Below are positions 63,693 to 64,000 of a stretch of 64,000 nucleotides of DNA, one piece after another. The notes beneath the pieces were generated by a model. It worked only from the letters and a program-made list of their open reading frames with translations. It searched no databases and was not told the DNA's origin. This DNA is from an uncultured bacterium (GTDB lineage: Bacteria > Fidelibacterota > Fidelibacteria > Fidelibacterales > Fidelibacteraceae): the NCBI GenBank assembly GCA_964535585.1, contig CAZHTR010000002.1, forward strand, positions 77,169 to 141,168. The letters run 5' to 3'. Each line of letters starts with the position of its first letter. Positions within the stretch are counted from its first letter, which is position 1. The position numbers were made by a program, and so were the translations under genes.

Positions 63693-64000
63693 ATGAAAAG
63701 AACCAAAATTATTATCGCACTTACAATAATGCTGACCGTGGCCTTCGCGGAATATTACCCGAATCATATTTTGTTTTCCCTTCGGCCGCACGAGGCACCG
63801 CTAACCCCCGAACAATGTATAAGCATGGAAACACCCTATCCCGGGTTGAATACATTTATTAAAAAACACAACGTTATTAGGCTCGAACCCTGGATACCCA
63901 ATGCCCGTCCCGAAGACCGTGACGGCGATGTGTATCTGAACCGTATTTATCGCATAGTGATCCATCCGGAAATCGAAGAAGCACCGGGCATATTGCAGGA
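63693..64000 (+). CDS. Secreted protein, N-terminal fragment (continues beyond the window)
   Basis: ATG at 63693 gives MKRTKIIIALTIMLTVAFAEYYPNHILFSL... The frame stays open to the window end. It is absent from the ORF track because no stop codon is reached. Confidence 0.45.
   Translation, partial: MKRTKIIIALTIMLTVAFAEYYPNHILFSLRPHEAPLTPEQCISMETPYPGLNTFIKKHNVIRLEPWIPNARPEDRDGDVYLNRIYRIVIHPEIEEAPGILQ

Noticed and set aside
1-64000. Scan of all intergenic regions for tRNA, rRNA or tmRNA-like sequences.
   Set aside because: I saw no cloverleaf-compatible segment or conserved T-loop (GTTCGAATC-like) context, and no rRNA-like stretches. A tRNAscan/Infernal run would be the definitive check.

Overview
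This is a 64-kb chromosomal window, about half G+C by eye. It probably comes from an uncultivated FCB-superphylum bacterium. That placement is inference, based on five proteins with type IX secretion (T9SS) C-terminal sorting domains, two PorV/PorQ-like barrels and two CarboxypepD_reg-type TonB-dependent receptors. A DGGGPS-like UbiA prenyltransferase hints at a Cloacimonadota-like lineage.

Gene content, left to right:
- Housekeeping and envelope genes: NhaC antiporters, UbiA, GT2, coaE, a C10 peptidase, crcB, an isocitrate/isopropylmalate-type dehydrogenase, and a DUF2089 operon.
- A corrinoid protein plus MtaA-like pair and an M32 carboxypeptidase.
- A visibly AT-rich island of about 6.2 kb (19330..25570) with two methylation-linked defence modules.
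- A repeat-rich non-coding stretch.
- glpK, a lipase, metK, uppP and holA.
- An ECF sigma/anti-sigma pair followed by a polyprenol-phosphate/YfhO-type glycosylation cluster.
- A 20-kb surface locus in which a three-gene cassette (TonB-dependent receptor, ~1100-aa T9SS cargo, PorV-like barrel) occurs twice.

Most interesting candidates:
1. An m5C methyltransferase overlapping a GHKL (MORC-like) ATPase whose C-terminus carries an Rx4H HEPN motif.
2. A Vsr-Dcm-restriction operon whose nuclease looks like a chimera of an EcoRII-N-like domain and an MvaI/BcnI-like catalytic domain.
3. Two degenerate copies of the last 13 codons of the carboxypeptidase gene, one in front of each defence module, suggesting serial acquisition at one hotspot.
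4. The duplicated receptor/cargo/PorV cassette.
5. A 63-nt repeat that encodes a conserved 13-codon micro-ORF.
6. Inverted arrays of a 15-bp tandem repeat.

I found no rRNA, tRNA, CRISPR array, transposase or integrase. All family assignments come from reading motifs in the translations. No database search was run.
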